This document shows, piece after piece, positions 12,930 to 24,967 of a DNA stretch of 64,000 bases. The DNA is from Cetorhinus maximus (taxonomy: Eukaryota). Location of the stretch: NCBI RefSeq assembly GCF_964194155.1, contig NC_135880.1, forward strand, positions 114,452,001-114,516,000, in the 5' to 3' direction. A program made the position numbers and the translations under genes. Each line of letters begins with the position of its first letter. The first letter of the stretch is position 1. Below the pieces are notes generated by a model. It saw nothing but the letters and a program-made list of their open reading frames with translations. It did not search any database and was not told the origin of the DNA.

Positions 12930-14420
12930 TCTAAGAGGTTTTTGAGATATTGATATTCCTTATGAAAGAGCAACGAATAATGTCGAGATTCCAGCAGATT
13001 GAAAATAGGCTAACAAGGTGTTCATTTTCAAAAAGACTGATTGACCGCAGCACCAAAGACTCAGTTATAAAGAATGGCTGAACGAATACCTGAAAGATGC
13101 ACATGAAAAAATAAACAATTTAGCAAATTATTTCAATCTAAACTGTGAGGGTAGAATAAGAGGCATAAGTTCAAGGGCAGAATTTTTCCGCTGGTGAGCA
13201 GGGGGTAGGACCTGCTTGCCGACGCATAAAATGATGCAGGATGACATCGGGCGGAACCCTCGACGTCTTCCCACCCCATTTAAATTTTCAGGAAGGCGAG
13301 GACGGAGCAAAATCAGCTGCGGGCCCGCCGACCTGTCAATGGCCAATCGAGACCATTGACAGGATCATTTAACCAATTAAAGGACCTGCCTGTCCAACCT
13401 TAAGGTTGGCGGGCAGGCCTGGAGCCCCGGCGGGAAATAGAGAAAACATGAAATCTCATCCACCGGTAGGATGAGATTTCATGCAGGGTTTTAAAAATTT
13501 TAATGAAGTTATTCTGTAAATTATGAACATGTCCCAACTAATGTGACAGTCACATGAGGGGGACATGTAAGGGATTTTTTTTCTCTATTTTTAATATTTT
13601 TCAAACTCCAGCCAATCTCCGAGGCTGCACTTAGCCTCAGGGAGATGTGTGCTCTTTTGTGCGCATGAGCAAAAGAGCGCACTCTCGCTTTTAGGGATTC
13701 CCCCCCCGCCCGCACAGGGAGCGCATAGTGCTTCCCGCCGGATGTCACGTTGGGCGGGCCTTAATTGGCCCGCCCATGTAAAATGGCGGCAGAGCACGCT
13801 TTGCTGGCAGGGATCAGCTCCCCACCCGCCGGAGATTGGGTCGGGCCCGCCCGCCAGGCAGAAAATTCTGCCCCAAGTAAAAGGAAAAGTTAGAACTGAT
13901 GCTGAGAAGATTTTCTTCACAAAAAGCGTGGATAATAAATGGAATGAACTTTTGGATAATTGAGTCAAAAGCCCTCAGATTATTTAAAAAACCTATTGGA
14001 TACATTAATCAAGAAACTGTGAGGTCTTTCTGGATTAATGGTTCTAACTTGAATTTATTTCGTGATTATAAGACATTTAGGAAATAATGCCAAGTCAACC
14101 AAATCTCAGGAATATTGCATATCATTAATCAGGGCAGTGAATAAACCGTTGGCACCAAGAGTGCAGACACCGAGGAATAGGTTAATGAACCAGTACCGAG
14201 AACTAGAGGAGATCATTCACAAAGAAATAAATGACCTAGCAAAGGAGAAGTCAGGTTTTCAGTAGTGAGTTAAGATCACGGCCAGAAAATTTTATGGGTT
14301 GTTGTTTCTTCAGTGGAGGTAATGATTTTCATAAATAGAACTACAAGGGTAAAGGAGTGGTTGATTAGTGCAAGTAAATTCAGACAAAGTAATAAAATAT
14401 GAAGCTCAAAAAGCAAATAA
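12930..14420 (+). mobile_element. Highly degenerate CR1 fragments (host of the MITE at 13175)
   Basis: attccagcagattgaaaataggctaac (IP.DW..AN-like) and aggcataagttcaa..ttcttcac (CR1 3' region). Confidence 0.45.
13175..13873. mobile_element. Harbinger-type MITE, multi-hairpin family (opposite orientation)
   Basis: Perfect 12-bp TIR gggcagaatttt/aaaattctgccc, TSD caa. Confidence 0.93.
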
Positions 14421-14680
14421 CAACTAATTTACTCAAATACCAGAAGCATCTGAAATAAAATGCTAACATTGGAAGGATATGCAGTGGAAGGAAATTATTT
14501 AGTTAATTCTGTTATACCAGTAGAAGCCACGCTGACAGTAGAAGCCACGCTGACTGGAAGTGTAAGTTGGAGAACTGGGAATATAACATTGTAGTCCTAT
14601 CTTCAGTACATGCTTCCTATGACCGTGGCTTTCATGCTGTGATTGTGAGAGAGTAGTTTCCCTAAACATCATCTGCTTTT

Positions 14681-15135
14681 GTCAGCCATGGCTCAGTTGG
14701 TAGAATTTTGCCTCTGAGCCATAAGGTTGTGGGTTCAAGTCCTACTCCAGGGCTTGAGTACAAAAATCAAAGCTAACACTCCAGTGTAGTACTGGTTGAG
14801 TGTTGAACTGTCAGGGCTGCTGACTTTTTGTTGAGACCTTAAACCAAGGCCCCATCTGCCTGCCCAGGTGGATGTAAAAGATCCCATGGCATAATTTTGA
14901 AGAAGAGCAGGGCAGTTCATCCCATGTCCTGGCCAATGTTTTTCCCTCAATCAACATCACAAAAAACAGACCATCGTTATTACATTCTTGTTTGTGGGAG
15001 TTTGCTGTATGCAAATTGACTGTTGTGTTTCCTACATTACAAGTGACTATAGTTCGAAAAGTACTTCACTGGCTATAATGTGCTTTCAGATGTCTGATGG
15101 TTGTGAAAAGTGCCAAGTAAATGCCATTCTTTCTT
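14681..15135 (+). mobile_element. tRNA-derived Deu-domain SINE
   Basis: A box tggctcagttgg, B box ggttcaagtcc, core ttaaaccaaggcccc..ggatgtaaaagatcccatggc, L2-like tail. Confidence 0.8.
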
Positions 15136-15779
15136 TTTTTTCTCTTGCATATTCAGTTCAATATGCAAGGAGACATACAGGTTGTTTTGGAGAGTTAGAA
15201 ATTAGAGGGGAGTATAGATAGCTATATATGTTCAGGATAATTTGGCAGCGAAGGAACTTGGAAAAAATTGGAAATAGGAATATGGAACTGCTCTGGGGCT
15301 GAAGAATATTTGAGTCAGGATGTCACTAATCAAATCCAGTCAGCAGATTGGTTGATTATGCGGGTGAAGATACAGAAGCTCACAGATATTGCACCCAGCT
15401 GAAACCTGCTTATGCCTTTCTAAATCCTATGTCTAGAAACAAGTCTATATATATGCCAGAGATGGGATCACAATGATATACAGTGCCAAAGAACTCTTAT
15501 GTTTGAGGGATTCTTCCTGTGAGTGGGTGCCTATACTTCTGCTACAGTGGCATTTATGTCTACTGGCACATTTCACTTACGCTGATGTTCTAAAGTCTGG
15601 GTCAATGAAGACAAGTGTATCATGCTCATCACAATGGCTCGATTGGAGACCTTCCTGAGATACTTCGTTCATGGGTTGATCAGTGCTGACAGGTTGTTGG
15701 CAAGGCATAGTGCTGGTAACTGTTTGGAATCCACCATAGTTGGTGGGTCAGGAGTGTCATATGGCAGTAGTTCAAAAAT

Positions 15780-17258
15780 GTGGTCAGGCATCTCTCTCCC
15801 CTTGTCCAGTCCCTTCCCACCTACATCCGTGATTCCTCTGACACCTTACGTCACATCAACAATTTCCAGTTCCCTGGCCCCAACCGCTTCCTCTTCACCA
15901 TGGATGTCCAATCCCTCTACACCTCCATCCCCCACCAGGATGGTCTGAGGGCCCTTAGCTTCTTCCTTGAACAGAGGCCCGAACAATCCCCATCCACCAC
16001 TACTTTCCTCCATCTGGCTGAACTTGTTCTCACACTGAACAATTTCTCCTTTAACTCCTCTCACTTCCTCCAAATAAAAGGTGTGGCTATGGGTACCCGC
16101 ATGGGCCCCAGCTATGCCTGTCTCTTTATGGGGTATGTGGAACATTCCTTGTTCCAGTCCTACTCCAGCCCCCTCCCACATCTCTTTCTCCGGTTCATCG
16201 ATGATTACTTCGGTGCTGCTTCATGCTCTCGTCGGGACCTGGAAAAATGTATTAATTTTGCTTCCAATCTCCACCCCTCCATCATTTTCACATGGTCCGT
16301 CTCTGACACTTCTCTTCCCTTCCTTGACCTCTCTGTCTCAATTTTTGATGATAGACTGTCCACCAATATCCATTACAAGCCTACTGACTCCCACAGCTAC
16401 CTCGACTACAGCTCCTCACACCTCGCTTCCTGTAAGGACTCCATCCCATTCTCTCAGTTCCTTCGCCTCCGTCGCATCTGTTCTGATGACGCTACCTTCA
16501 AAAACAGTTCCTCTGACATGTCCTCCTTTTTCCTTAACCGAGGTTTTCCAACCACGGTCGTTGACAGGGACCTCAACCGTGTCCGGCCCATCTCCCGCGC
16601 ATCCACCCTCACGCCTTCTCCTCCCTCCCAGAAACATGATAGGGTCCCCCTTGTCCTCACTTATCACCCCACCAGCCTCCGCATTCAAAGGATCATCCTC
16701 CGCCATTTCCACCAACTCCAGCATGATGCCACCACCAAACACATCTTCCCTTCACCCCCACCGGCGGCATTCCGTAGGGATCGTTCCCTCCGGGACACCC
16801 TGGTCCACTCCTCCATCACCCCCTACTCCTCAACCCCCACCTATGGCACCTCCCCATGCCCACGCAGAAGATGCAACACCTGCCCCTTTACTTCCTCTCT
16901 CCTCACCGTCCAAGGGCCCAAACACTCCTTTCAAGTGAAGCAGCATTTCACTTGCATTTCCCCTAACTTAGACTACTGCATTCGTTGCTCCCAATGCGGT
17001 CTCCTCTACATTGGAGAGACCAAACGCAAACTGGGCGACCGCTTTGCAGAACACCTGCGGTCTGTCCGCAAGAAAGACCCAAACCTCCCTGTCGCTTGCC
17101 ATTTTAACACTCCACCCTGCTCTCTTGCCCACATGTCTGTCCTTAGCTTGCTGCATTGTTCCAGTGAAGCCCAACACAAACTGGAGGAACAGCACCTCAT
17201 CTTCCGACTAGGCACTTTACAGCCTTCCGGGCTGATTATTGAATTCAACAAACTTTAG
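15780..17258 (+). CDS. Penelope-like RT / GIY-YIG endonuclease, uninterrupted 492-codon frame lacking the native N-terminus
   Basis: MDVQSLYTSIP, QIKGVAMGTRMGP, RFIDD, FLDL, HYKPTD, Cys linker CPRRRCNTC, and YCIRCSQCGLLYIGETKR..RFAEH. Confidence 0.9.
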   Translation: MVRHLSPLVQSLPTYIRDSSDTLRHINNFQFPGPNRFLFTMDVQSLYTSIPHQDGLRALSFFLEQRPEQSPSTTTFLHLAELVLTLNNFSFNSSHFLQIKGVAMGTRMGPSYACLFMGYVEHSLFQSYSSPLPHLFLRFIDDYFGAASCSRRDLEKCINFASNLHPSIIFTWSVSDTSLPFLDLSVSIFDDRLSTNIHYKPTDSHSYLDYSSSHLASCKDSIPFSQFLRLRRICSDDATFKNSSSDMSSFFLNRGFPTTVVDRDLNRVRPISRASTLTPSPPSQKHDRVPLVLTYHPTSLRIQRIILRHFHQLQHDATTKHIFPSPPPAAFRRDRSLRDTLVHSSITPYSSTPTYGTSPCPRRRCNTCPFTSSLLTVQGPKHSFQVKQHFTCISPNLDYCIRCSQCGLLYIGETKRKLGDRFAEHLRSVRKKDPNLPVACHFNTPPCSLAHMSVLSLLHCSSEAQHKLEEQHLIFRLGTLQPSGLIIEFNKL

Positions 17259-17780
17259 ATCTTAAACTCCCCCTCCCCCCATCCCCACCCCGTTTCCTCC
17301 CCCTCCCTTTTGTTTGTTTGTTTTTTTTTGTTTTCAATAATTTATATAGATTTTTCTTTTCCCACCTATTTCCATTATTTTTAAATCTACAACTAATACC
17401 TTGTCAATCTTTCCACCCCACCCCCACTAGAGCTGTACCTTGAGTGTCCTGCCATCCATTCTTAATTAGCACTTTTCTTAGATAATATCACCACCTTCAA
17501 CACCTTTTGTCTGTGACATCTTTTGATTATCTGCTCCTATCACTGCTTGCTTGTCCCTACAACCACCCCACCCTCAACTTCTCTCCCCCCGCCCTCCACC
17601 TTAAACCAGCTTATATTTCACCCCTCTCCTAACTATACTTCAGTTCTGTTGAAGGGTCGTGTGGACCCGAAACGTCGACTCTTTTCTTCTCCACCGATGC
17701 TGCCAGACCTGCTGAGTTTTTCCAGGTAATTCTGTTTTTGTTTTGGATTTCCAGCATCCGCAGTTGTTTTTTGTTTTTAT
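15790..17780 (+). mobile_element. Penelope-like retroelement (Neptune-like), 5'-truncated
   Basis: RT plus GIY-YIG ORF followed by a pyrimidine-rich 3' region and the terminal hammerhead-like motif. Confidence 0.93.
17642..17680 (+). ncRNA. Minimal hammerhead-ribozyme-like motif (variant core)
   Basis: agtt-CTGTTGA-a-GGGTC-gtgtg-GACCC-GAAA-CGTC-gact: stems I and II, palindromic ACGT in place of stem III. Penelope termini are known to carry minimal hammerheads. Confidence 0.6.
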
Positions 17781-18814
17781 TATTGCCAATTTGGAATTGA
17801 TTTCAGATGGTGCTGGTTTGGTTATGGTGGCTGGTTTCTTTAACTGGTCCCAACTGCCTTGGATACTGCGGTGCAGCCAATGCTAGTGAGACGTAGATAG
17901 ACCCGTTGCTAGCAAAGAGTCAGCATCAAGATAATTTAGATCAAAGTCTCTGGTTCTTTCTTTGGAGTGTTCATTATGTCTTTCTGGTTTTTCCTGTTGC
18001 ATGAGAGATAGGACTGGCGGCACAATTATTCATGTTGAATTATGGCAATTGACATTTTATACACTCTTGATACCTGCTATTGCAACTTTTACAATGCTTA
18101 AACCAAATTACAGAGTTTTAGGCTGCCATATTCTATTGAGTATAAAGGTGAACAGCGTTGACAGAGAAAACAAAAATCAAGCAGGAGTGGGGATAAACGG
18201 TGGCAGACAGGTGCAGTGCCTGCCTCTACAAGGAGTGAAAGTAACAGGTCACCTGTCAGCACATATATACATTATGTTGTGAGATTTTTGAACAGTATGT
18301 CAAACATATTGCTTATGCGCCGACTGGAAGAGGTCTGGACTCAGTGGTGTGTGCAGAGTGTGGAATGAAGAAGATTAAGTATTAGCATAAGTAATTGATT
18401 GCACAGATTATTATACCATAAACAGTATTGGATTTGCACTTACACTCTAAGAATTCATATTGAGTTGGAATGACATTAATAGCTTTAAAAAAGTTGTGTC
18501 CAGGTGTTGGGTAGGCATGCATACAGTGCTCTGCCTCTCATGAGCATGCTTCTACAATAGCATTGAAAAAACACCAGAAACAGCTTAACCAACCTAGTGC
18601 TAAATTATGGAATGAAGGCAAATGTTTCCCTCTACAGAAGATCAGAAAATTACACTCCCTAATGTGCTAACTTGAATTCTGAAAATTAATAGCAGCACAT
18701 CCACCCCTATCATATGCATGTGAAGCCTTTTCTGTTTGTTTTTACATCTTGCACTGTGAATAAGCTTAGTTACCCTCTCAATCTGGAAATGTTGATAGTT
18801 GGAGGGGGTTAAGA

Positions 18815-19131
18815 CAGGGCCTGCAATCCTCCAGGATTGTCCTGGAGTCTCTGGCAATTAAAGATCAATTTCCTGGATGCTGCTTGTAGTAACCCTGGAG
18901 AGAAGGTATATGGGAGCTAAAAAAATGTTTTAAAAAAATTTTCTTTGGACACTTAAAAATGTCTTTGTCAATCACAAAAAAAGGCTATTTGACTGACAGT
19001 CAGAAGCTTTTGTTCACTTTATAATTGGTGTGGAAAGGCAGTGTGCCATGAGGATGGTTGTGTCAGGTGGTGGCAGGAGTGTGGGGTGGGAAGGTTAGAA
19101 GCGGCAGGGTTAATCAATACTGGCAACCCTA
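18815..19131. mobile_element. hAT-type non-autonomous DNA transposon
   Basis: Termini cagggcctgcaa / tggcaacccta. 8-bp TSD ggttaaga / ggttaagg. Confidence 0.7.
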
Positions 19132-20124
19132 GGTTAAGGGAGCAGAACAAAATAAATAGCAAAATGCTTGAAAAAGTTAAATAAAAATTAGGGGTCAGGT
19201 ATCTTTATTGCCTTCCCTCCCTACCTTAATCATGTATAGCACACAGAATTTAATTAAAAGGTAAACATTTCTACAACTTTCACAATACGCTCAGTAACAA
19301 AAAAACTACCTGTCAAGTTTCTGACAGACATCTTACAAAACATGATGCATATCACCATCAATGAAGATTTGTTTAACCACAGATGCCAGCTGGTGATATC
19401 CGCATTCAGTTGCTCAAATACCATTGTTGACGTGTGTATGCTTGTATTGAAGACACTTCCTGAATATTTTATTGTATCATTAGCCAGGTTGCATGGCAAA
19501 GTGCACAGTACAGCAGCAACTGCTACTTTAAAACATGGTGTAATAGATTCTGAAAAAGCAGACAACCCTTTCATTCCTAACACTTGTCAATGAAAATCCA
19601 CTGACCTAAGGTTCCTTTTTAAATTAATTATACAATAATCTAACAACCATTAAATAAGAAGATGCAGATCTTCTTCAGAACCCACCATATTATTGGTATA
19701 TCAATTCAAACATCTTAAAGTATAATTCAAATATTCTACTGCACAGCCATTATGAAGCAATGGATATGTTGGAGTAATATAGGGTTACATCTGTAGCAAT
19801 GTCAGCAATGGGATTGGTGCATTTGCAGTCAGCCAAGAGACTGACCTCAGTTTTAGCTGATCCTCTCCATATTTGTTACTTCTGGAATAAGTAACCTAAG
19901 CTTTCCTACTTTCTATTAAGGTAAATTAGTGGTTAACAAAGATATTGAGCCAAATCTTCCTGAGAAAATAATGGCATATTAATACCACAGGCCATTATTA
20001 ATGTGTAAATTATCTAGCAAGTTCAGGGGTTTTGAGATGTGGCAATGCGATAATACCACTACGCCATCATTTCTCTGGTGTCCAATGATAGATTGGGGTG
20101 AGGGAGGGAACACCAGAGACAGTG

Positions 20125-20330
20125 AATATTTGGAATTCTCTATCCAAGAGATGCGCCATCATTGAATAAGTTTATGGTTGAATGACAGGCTTTTGGACCG
20201 TCAGGGAATCAAGGGAAATGGGGAAAGGGCAAGAAAGTAGGGTTAAAGCCCAAGATTAGTCATGATCATATTAAATGGTGCAGCAGGCTTGATGGGCTGT
20301 TTGGTCTCCTCCTGCTCCTATTTCTTATGG
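20125..20330 (+). mobile_element. CR1 3' tail
   Basis: tggaattctct..gggaatcaaggg..ctcctgctcctatttcttatg, similar to 58600-58812. Confidence 0.7.
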
Positions 20331-20505
20331 AAGCGGGAGGAAGAGTCATTGCAGATGATACTTGAACTATGATTCGATAGATAAGGATGGAACTAGGTGA
20401 GTGAAGTGCACTAAGGTAGATGGCAGGGGAGAGGTGTTGGAGGAGTATCTTGTTGTGGTCAACCATGTCAAAGGCTGTGGATAAGTCAAGAAAGACAGTC
20501 ATATT
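20331..20505 (-). mobile_element. L2-like LINE RT fragment
   Basis: VFLDLSTAFDMVDHNKILLQHL in ORF 20266-20523(-). Confidence 0.65.
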
Positions 20506-20858
20506 GGATTTCATTCCACGCATACATGCTATGAAGGCACAACAAAGTCATTAATGTTATTACTCATTTTTTTCACGGTGGATCAATGGAGAATCTTGAC
20601 AACATTGTGAAGGCATGAATTCGTAAGGGAAAATACAAAAGAAATACAATATGGCAAAAGATGCAGGAAGTTTAAAGAATCTGAAATATGAAAGAACTAC
20701 AAACTGTAGGGAACGTTTCTGTTGGACTTGTAAAGAGCATATCTTTTTATTTTCTGTTGGACTGTGGATTGGGGTTGCAATGGCTGCAGGTTGGGGGCAC
20801 GTCCACTATTTCTTATGGATGAGAGATATATACAATATTACAGTCCTGGAACAAAGTG

Positions 20859-21592
20859 TGCCATGAAAGACAGGAAGGTGCCAGAAAGGAGTTCCGGAAC
20901 AAGGGAGCTGCCTGACAACAGTGTTTTAATTGGCTCCTGACCAGGTGACCAAGGCTTTGTGTGAAGGGCAGTGCAGAAGGCTCCTGGCCTGCAAAGTGAA
21001 AACATTTAAAATCTCTTATCCTCATATCTTTATAATCTGCTCTTTCTCTAAGGAAACCCCGGTAAAAAGGAAAAGGGGAAAAGCACTGTTAGAGACACTG
21101 AAAAGCAATTTCTCCACCAGTGAACTAAATACTGAAAGTGCTGGAAGACTACCTGGTGTCATCAACAAGAACTGAAAGGAATTTGGAAGACATCGATCAA
21201 AATCAACCCATTGAATCCTGTACTTCGGATTGGAGCTATTGAACTGTTTTATTCCACCCTTAAAATCCATGTTTTGTGTGTCTTGTGTGTGGGTTTATGT
21301 GTCTTGTGTGTGTGTGTGTAGGGATTTAAGAAGGAGGTAGATTTTAAGTTATAGTGTTAGAAGTTAGCAGTTCATATTTCTTTCTTTTGCCTAGTTAAAG
21401 GCAATTTGTTCAATAAACAGTTATTTACTTATTAAGTTTACAAACCTGGTGCTTGTATTCTGTTAGCCTAAATTAAACAGTTAGGTAAAATTGGGGCAAT
21501 CTGGTGGCTTGGTCAAACTTCTCACACTTGTTGCGGCTTGGAGAACAGTGGGGCTTGATATTACAGTGCACTATCCCCAGTGAGTTGTGACA
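20859..21592 (+). mobile_element. Putative solo LTR
   Basis: TG..CA ends (tgccatga / ttgtgaca), internal AATAAA near 21412, GT-rich tract. No clean TSD. Confidence 0.5.
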
Positions 21593-22934
21593 AAACTAAT
21601 GTGAAACTTACCAAAGCCTAACAAATAATAGTTTAAGTGAAGTGTGTCAGTGTAGGGGAGATTTAATCTTCTGGAAGATATTGAAGAATGAATGGAAAAT
21701 GCCTCAATAGGATGACACAAAAAAAGGGGAATAGCTACAAGTACTTTGCAGTAGCCTTTTCATTCACACTGAGCTCCACTCCACTCACTGTTTGCAAAGT
21801 GACTGGAGGAAGTATTTGTTGTATAAAAGCAGTTAAGGGCCAGGACTTTCATAACATTTTACCTCAGGCAAAATTTTTCTCCCACTTTCAGCTGAGAGTC
21901 ACAGTAAAATCTCAAAACTTATGTTTTTCTAGTGGTTCGTTGAGTCTATCAGAAGGGTTTCATAATTTTGAAATTTATATGGAAATGAATATAAATACAA
22001 AAGTCTGATCCATAGTAACATCTATTAAATGTAGGCTTCTGGCTCTTTTCCTTAGTTATCACTATACTATGTGCTTGCCAGCTCCCTTCCCTGCACACTC
22101 ATAGAGAAGCATTCAATTTTGGCTTGGGCACTAAAACTCATTGTCAAGATTCACAAATTAATAATGGCAAATTGGATGAGATATAAAGAGATACAAGGTG
22201 TATGTTGATTAATGCCTCAGGAGGGAGTCGACATTTTCAGAGAAGAAAATGATGAGGATGGGGCAGAGAGTGGGTGGAATGCTCAAGTGAACAAATGCCT
22301 TGTAACCATCCTTATTTGCTGTTCTTTACTTTTTGTCACAGCCAGTAGATAAGGGATCCTGAAAGGTTTGAGGCAGATGCATTTGTTTGTATGTCTGGGT
22401 ACACTGGATTGCCTGGGCACAGTGCATAGTGGAAAATCAGGCAAGTCAGGTGGGTTCCCTTGTGAGGGTGTGCCTATCCTCACTGGTTCTGTTATATGCC
22501 AAGCCCTGCCACATTCTCAACCTCTATTTCCCATAGCAACTATCAGAATTGAGTCCTCAGCCTTGTCTTCTAGAGCTCAAGGATATTTTTCAAGACCTTT
22601 GACTGAATACGGTTTACAAGTGAAAGGGGTGTAGAATTAAATCCAAGGTGCACAATTCAATACTATTTTATTGGCTTGTGTCATTTCTAAGTACTCAGGT
22701 ATTTAATGTTTGCAATTGTTTCTAAAGATATTATGAAATTCTTTAACTCTGTTCAGAACATATTCTCTCGATTCTTCCAAAATAGCATTGCTTTGTCACC
22801 TATTCTGCGTAATGTTATGAATTTAGATTGTCTCTGTCAGCAGGTTGTAAACACGTACTTACAATTGTGCAACCCATTCTCAAAAGAATTCCTACTATTT
22901 CTGTGCATTACCAATAGCATATAGAAATCAGTGC

Positions 22935-23205
22935 CTGGAAGGGCAAAGACGGCAGATGCATGGGAACAACACCATCTGCAAGTTCCCCTCCAAGCCATAC
23001 ACCATCCTGACTTGGAACAATATCCTTGTTCCTTCACTGTCGCTGGGTCAAAATCCTAGAATTCCCTTCCTAATGACACTGTGGGTCTACCTGCACCAGA
23101 TGGACTGCAATGGTTCAAGAAGGCAGTTCACCATCACACAATTAGGGATGGACAATAAATGTTGGCCTTGCCAGCGACATCCAAATTCCATGAACAAAAA
23201 AAAAA
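22935..23205 (+). mobile_element. 3' end fragment of the 8030-11404 LINE family
   Basis: Same tail as 105-380 with a poly-A end. Confidence 0.8.
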
Positions 23206-24449
23206 TCCAGGAATTGCAGTTTTTTTATTTTGTCTTTCTACTGTTTTATGATGTAGATTCATTCGCTCATTCATTCTCATCATTCTCTCAATTATGTGCT
23301 TTTATGGTAACTAATTTCTGCTTTTTAAAGTAAAGTTGCTTGCTTGGAGGAATTTAGGACACAGGCATTACATTTTTGTAGCCCTTACTAATTGTTATTA
23401 TTGGAAAATCATTTCAATTCACAATCTATTGTGTCTCGTTAAGTGCAATTATTGAGATGCATTTTAAAGTTTCACTTGTTTCAATGTTTACTTTTCTAAA
23501 GTTGTTCAGAAATCAGGGTTTGGGTATTTTATAGATAAGAAGGTTCAAGGCTGTTTGTACTTTATTTGAATTATGGTTAAATTCATAGGAATTTGTATTG
23601 TATGACATATTGTATGATGTGGGTTTTAATCTCATGCTAACATTCTGCAGTGACCTTTAGTTAGTGTGTATAAATCAAGAATCTGATTGAAAGTGCACCT
23701 TTTGATCTCCCAGTCAAAAAGATGGAACTAAGTATTCAAGGATCAGATTGAACATTTTTGGTGTGCAAGGAAAGTTCTCCACTGCCAGGTAAGATTCTTG
23801 CAGGGACCAATTCAATAAAACAAACCAAACAAAACTGAAGTTGAAGTACAGAAATACTGCAGCTTTTTCCTGAAATTTATCTAGAAAATGGCTGAGTCAC
23901 ACAACAACAAGGCTCCACGTTCAATTTAACATCTTTGTTGAGATGACAGTTTTCAGACAGGACAGTGGTAGGTGCATTACAACTGGTTTCAGTGGTCTTA
24001 GGTTCGCAAGAGGAAAAGTCAGCTGCAGTTATTGCTTCTGATCACTGTCCTGCGGCTCATGTTGAAATGCATATTTGTGGACAATAGGTGAGAAAGAACT
24101 GGGCTTGGATGTGTAGCCATGCAGTTGAAAAGTCTGCAAGCATTCCGCGACAAGGGTCATACATGAAAAATGCCTACCTTGATGAGGGAGGTTCTGGGCA
24201 ACTGAAGTGAGGGACAGAGAGAAGGTTGGAGAGGTATTCTGTTGGACAGAAAGGTGACTGGGTACTGTCTCACTGGAAAGGGATGAAGCAATGTGGGTTG
24301 CTGCTTTGGCAGAACTAACTGTAGGAGGTGCAGTTGAAGAACCCATCTATGCCCAGTAAGGCTAGTTGGAGATCCAAGGTCTGGTTTTTGCTGGCAGCAG
24401 TGGAGAAGTGTCACAGAGACCCTGCCCAGCAATAAGTTTATTCTTGTCA

Positions 24450-24960
24450 TAAATTCAGGATGTAAGATGAGAACTACACTCATGTATTCCTTGATAATGA
24501 TCAAAAGAACTAGCTGCAACTGGCCAGGAAACCTATTGTACTGACTCTGAGAATGGGGAGGGCTGCTTTGGCAGCAGAAGCAGTTGGGCAGCACTACGAA
24601 TAAGATTTGAGGGCCAGTTCAATATTATTGAAGGGCTCAGATTGAGGGAAATTGCAGGTGTACAGCTCAATAGTTCCATCCATTTATTTAAATGGATGTT
24701 AGCTTCAATTTCATGCAATGTGCTGCAATCATGGGAGCTCAGAATTGACCTGTTTAAGCAAATTGCCTGGATTTGATTGGATGTTGAACACATATGACTG
24801 CACAGAATTTTGTAAAACCTAAGGTGCAACTTCAGTATGACGGGATCTCTACACACCACTGTAGCCTCACCGTGGATGATTTTCAGTCGTTTCCATGATT
24901 TTATTACTTTTGACAGACTCAGTAGTCTCTGCCGAAGAGTCTGCCAAAATGTGGCAGAAG
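24450..24960 (-). pseudogene. Possible very old hAT transposase C-terminal remnant
   Basis: Frameshifted minus reading resembles the hAT dimerisation motif (F.NIELALK..V.LP.TASA...IL.RV). Weak match. Confidence 0.3.
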
Positions 24961-24967
24961 AATTAAT

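Noticed and set aside
14518-14555. Exact 18-bp tandem duplication cagtagaagccacgctga
   Set aside because: Only two adjacent units with no spacer; a simple slippage duplication, not a CRISPR-like array.
16081-16938. 285-aa Pro/Ser-rich ORF
   Set aside because: Alternate frame of the C-rich Penelope coding strand.
19254-19593. Overlapping 109-aa (minus) and 83-aa (plus) ORFs in non-repeat intron sequence
   Set aside because: No recognisable domain. gng7 is complete without them and the splice signals are unconvincing.
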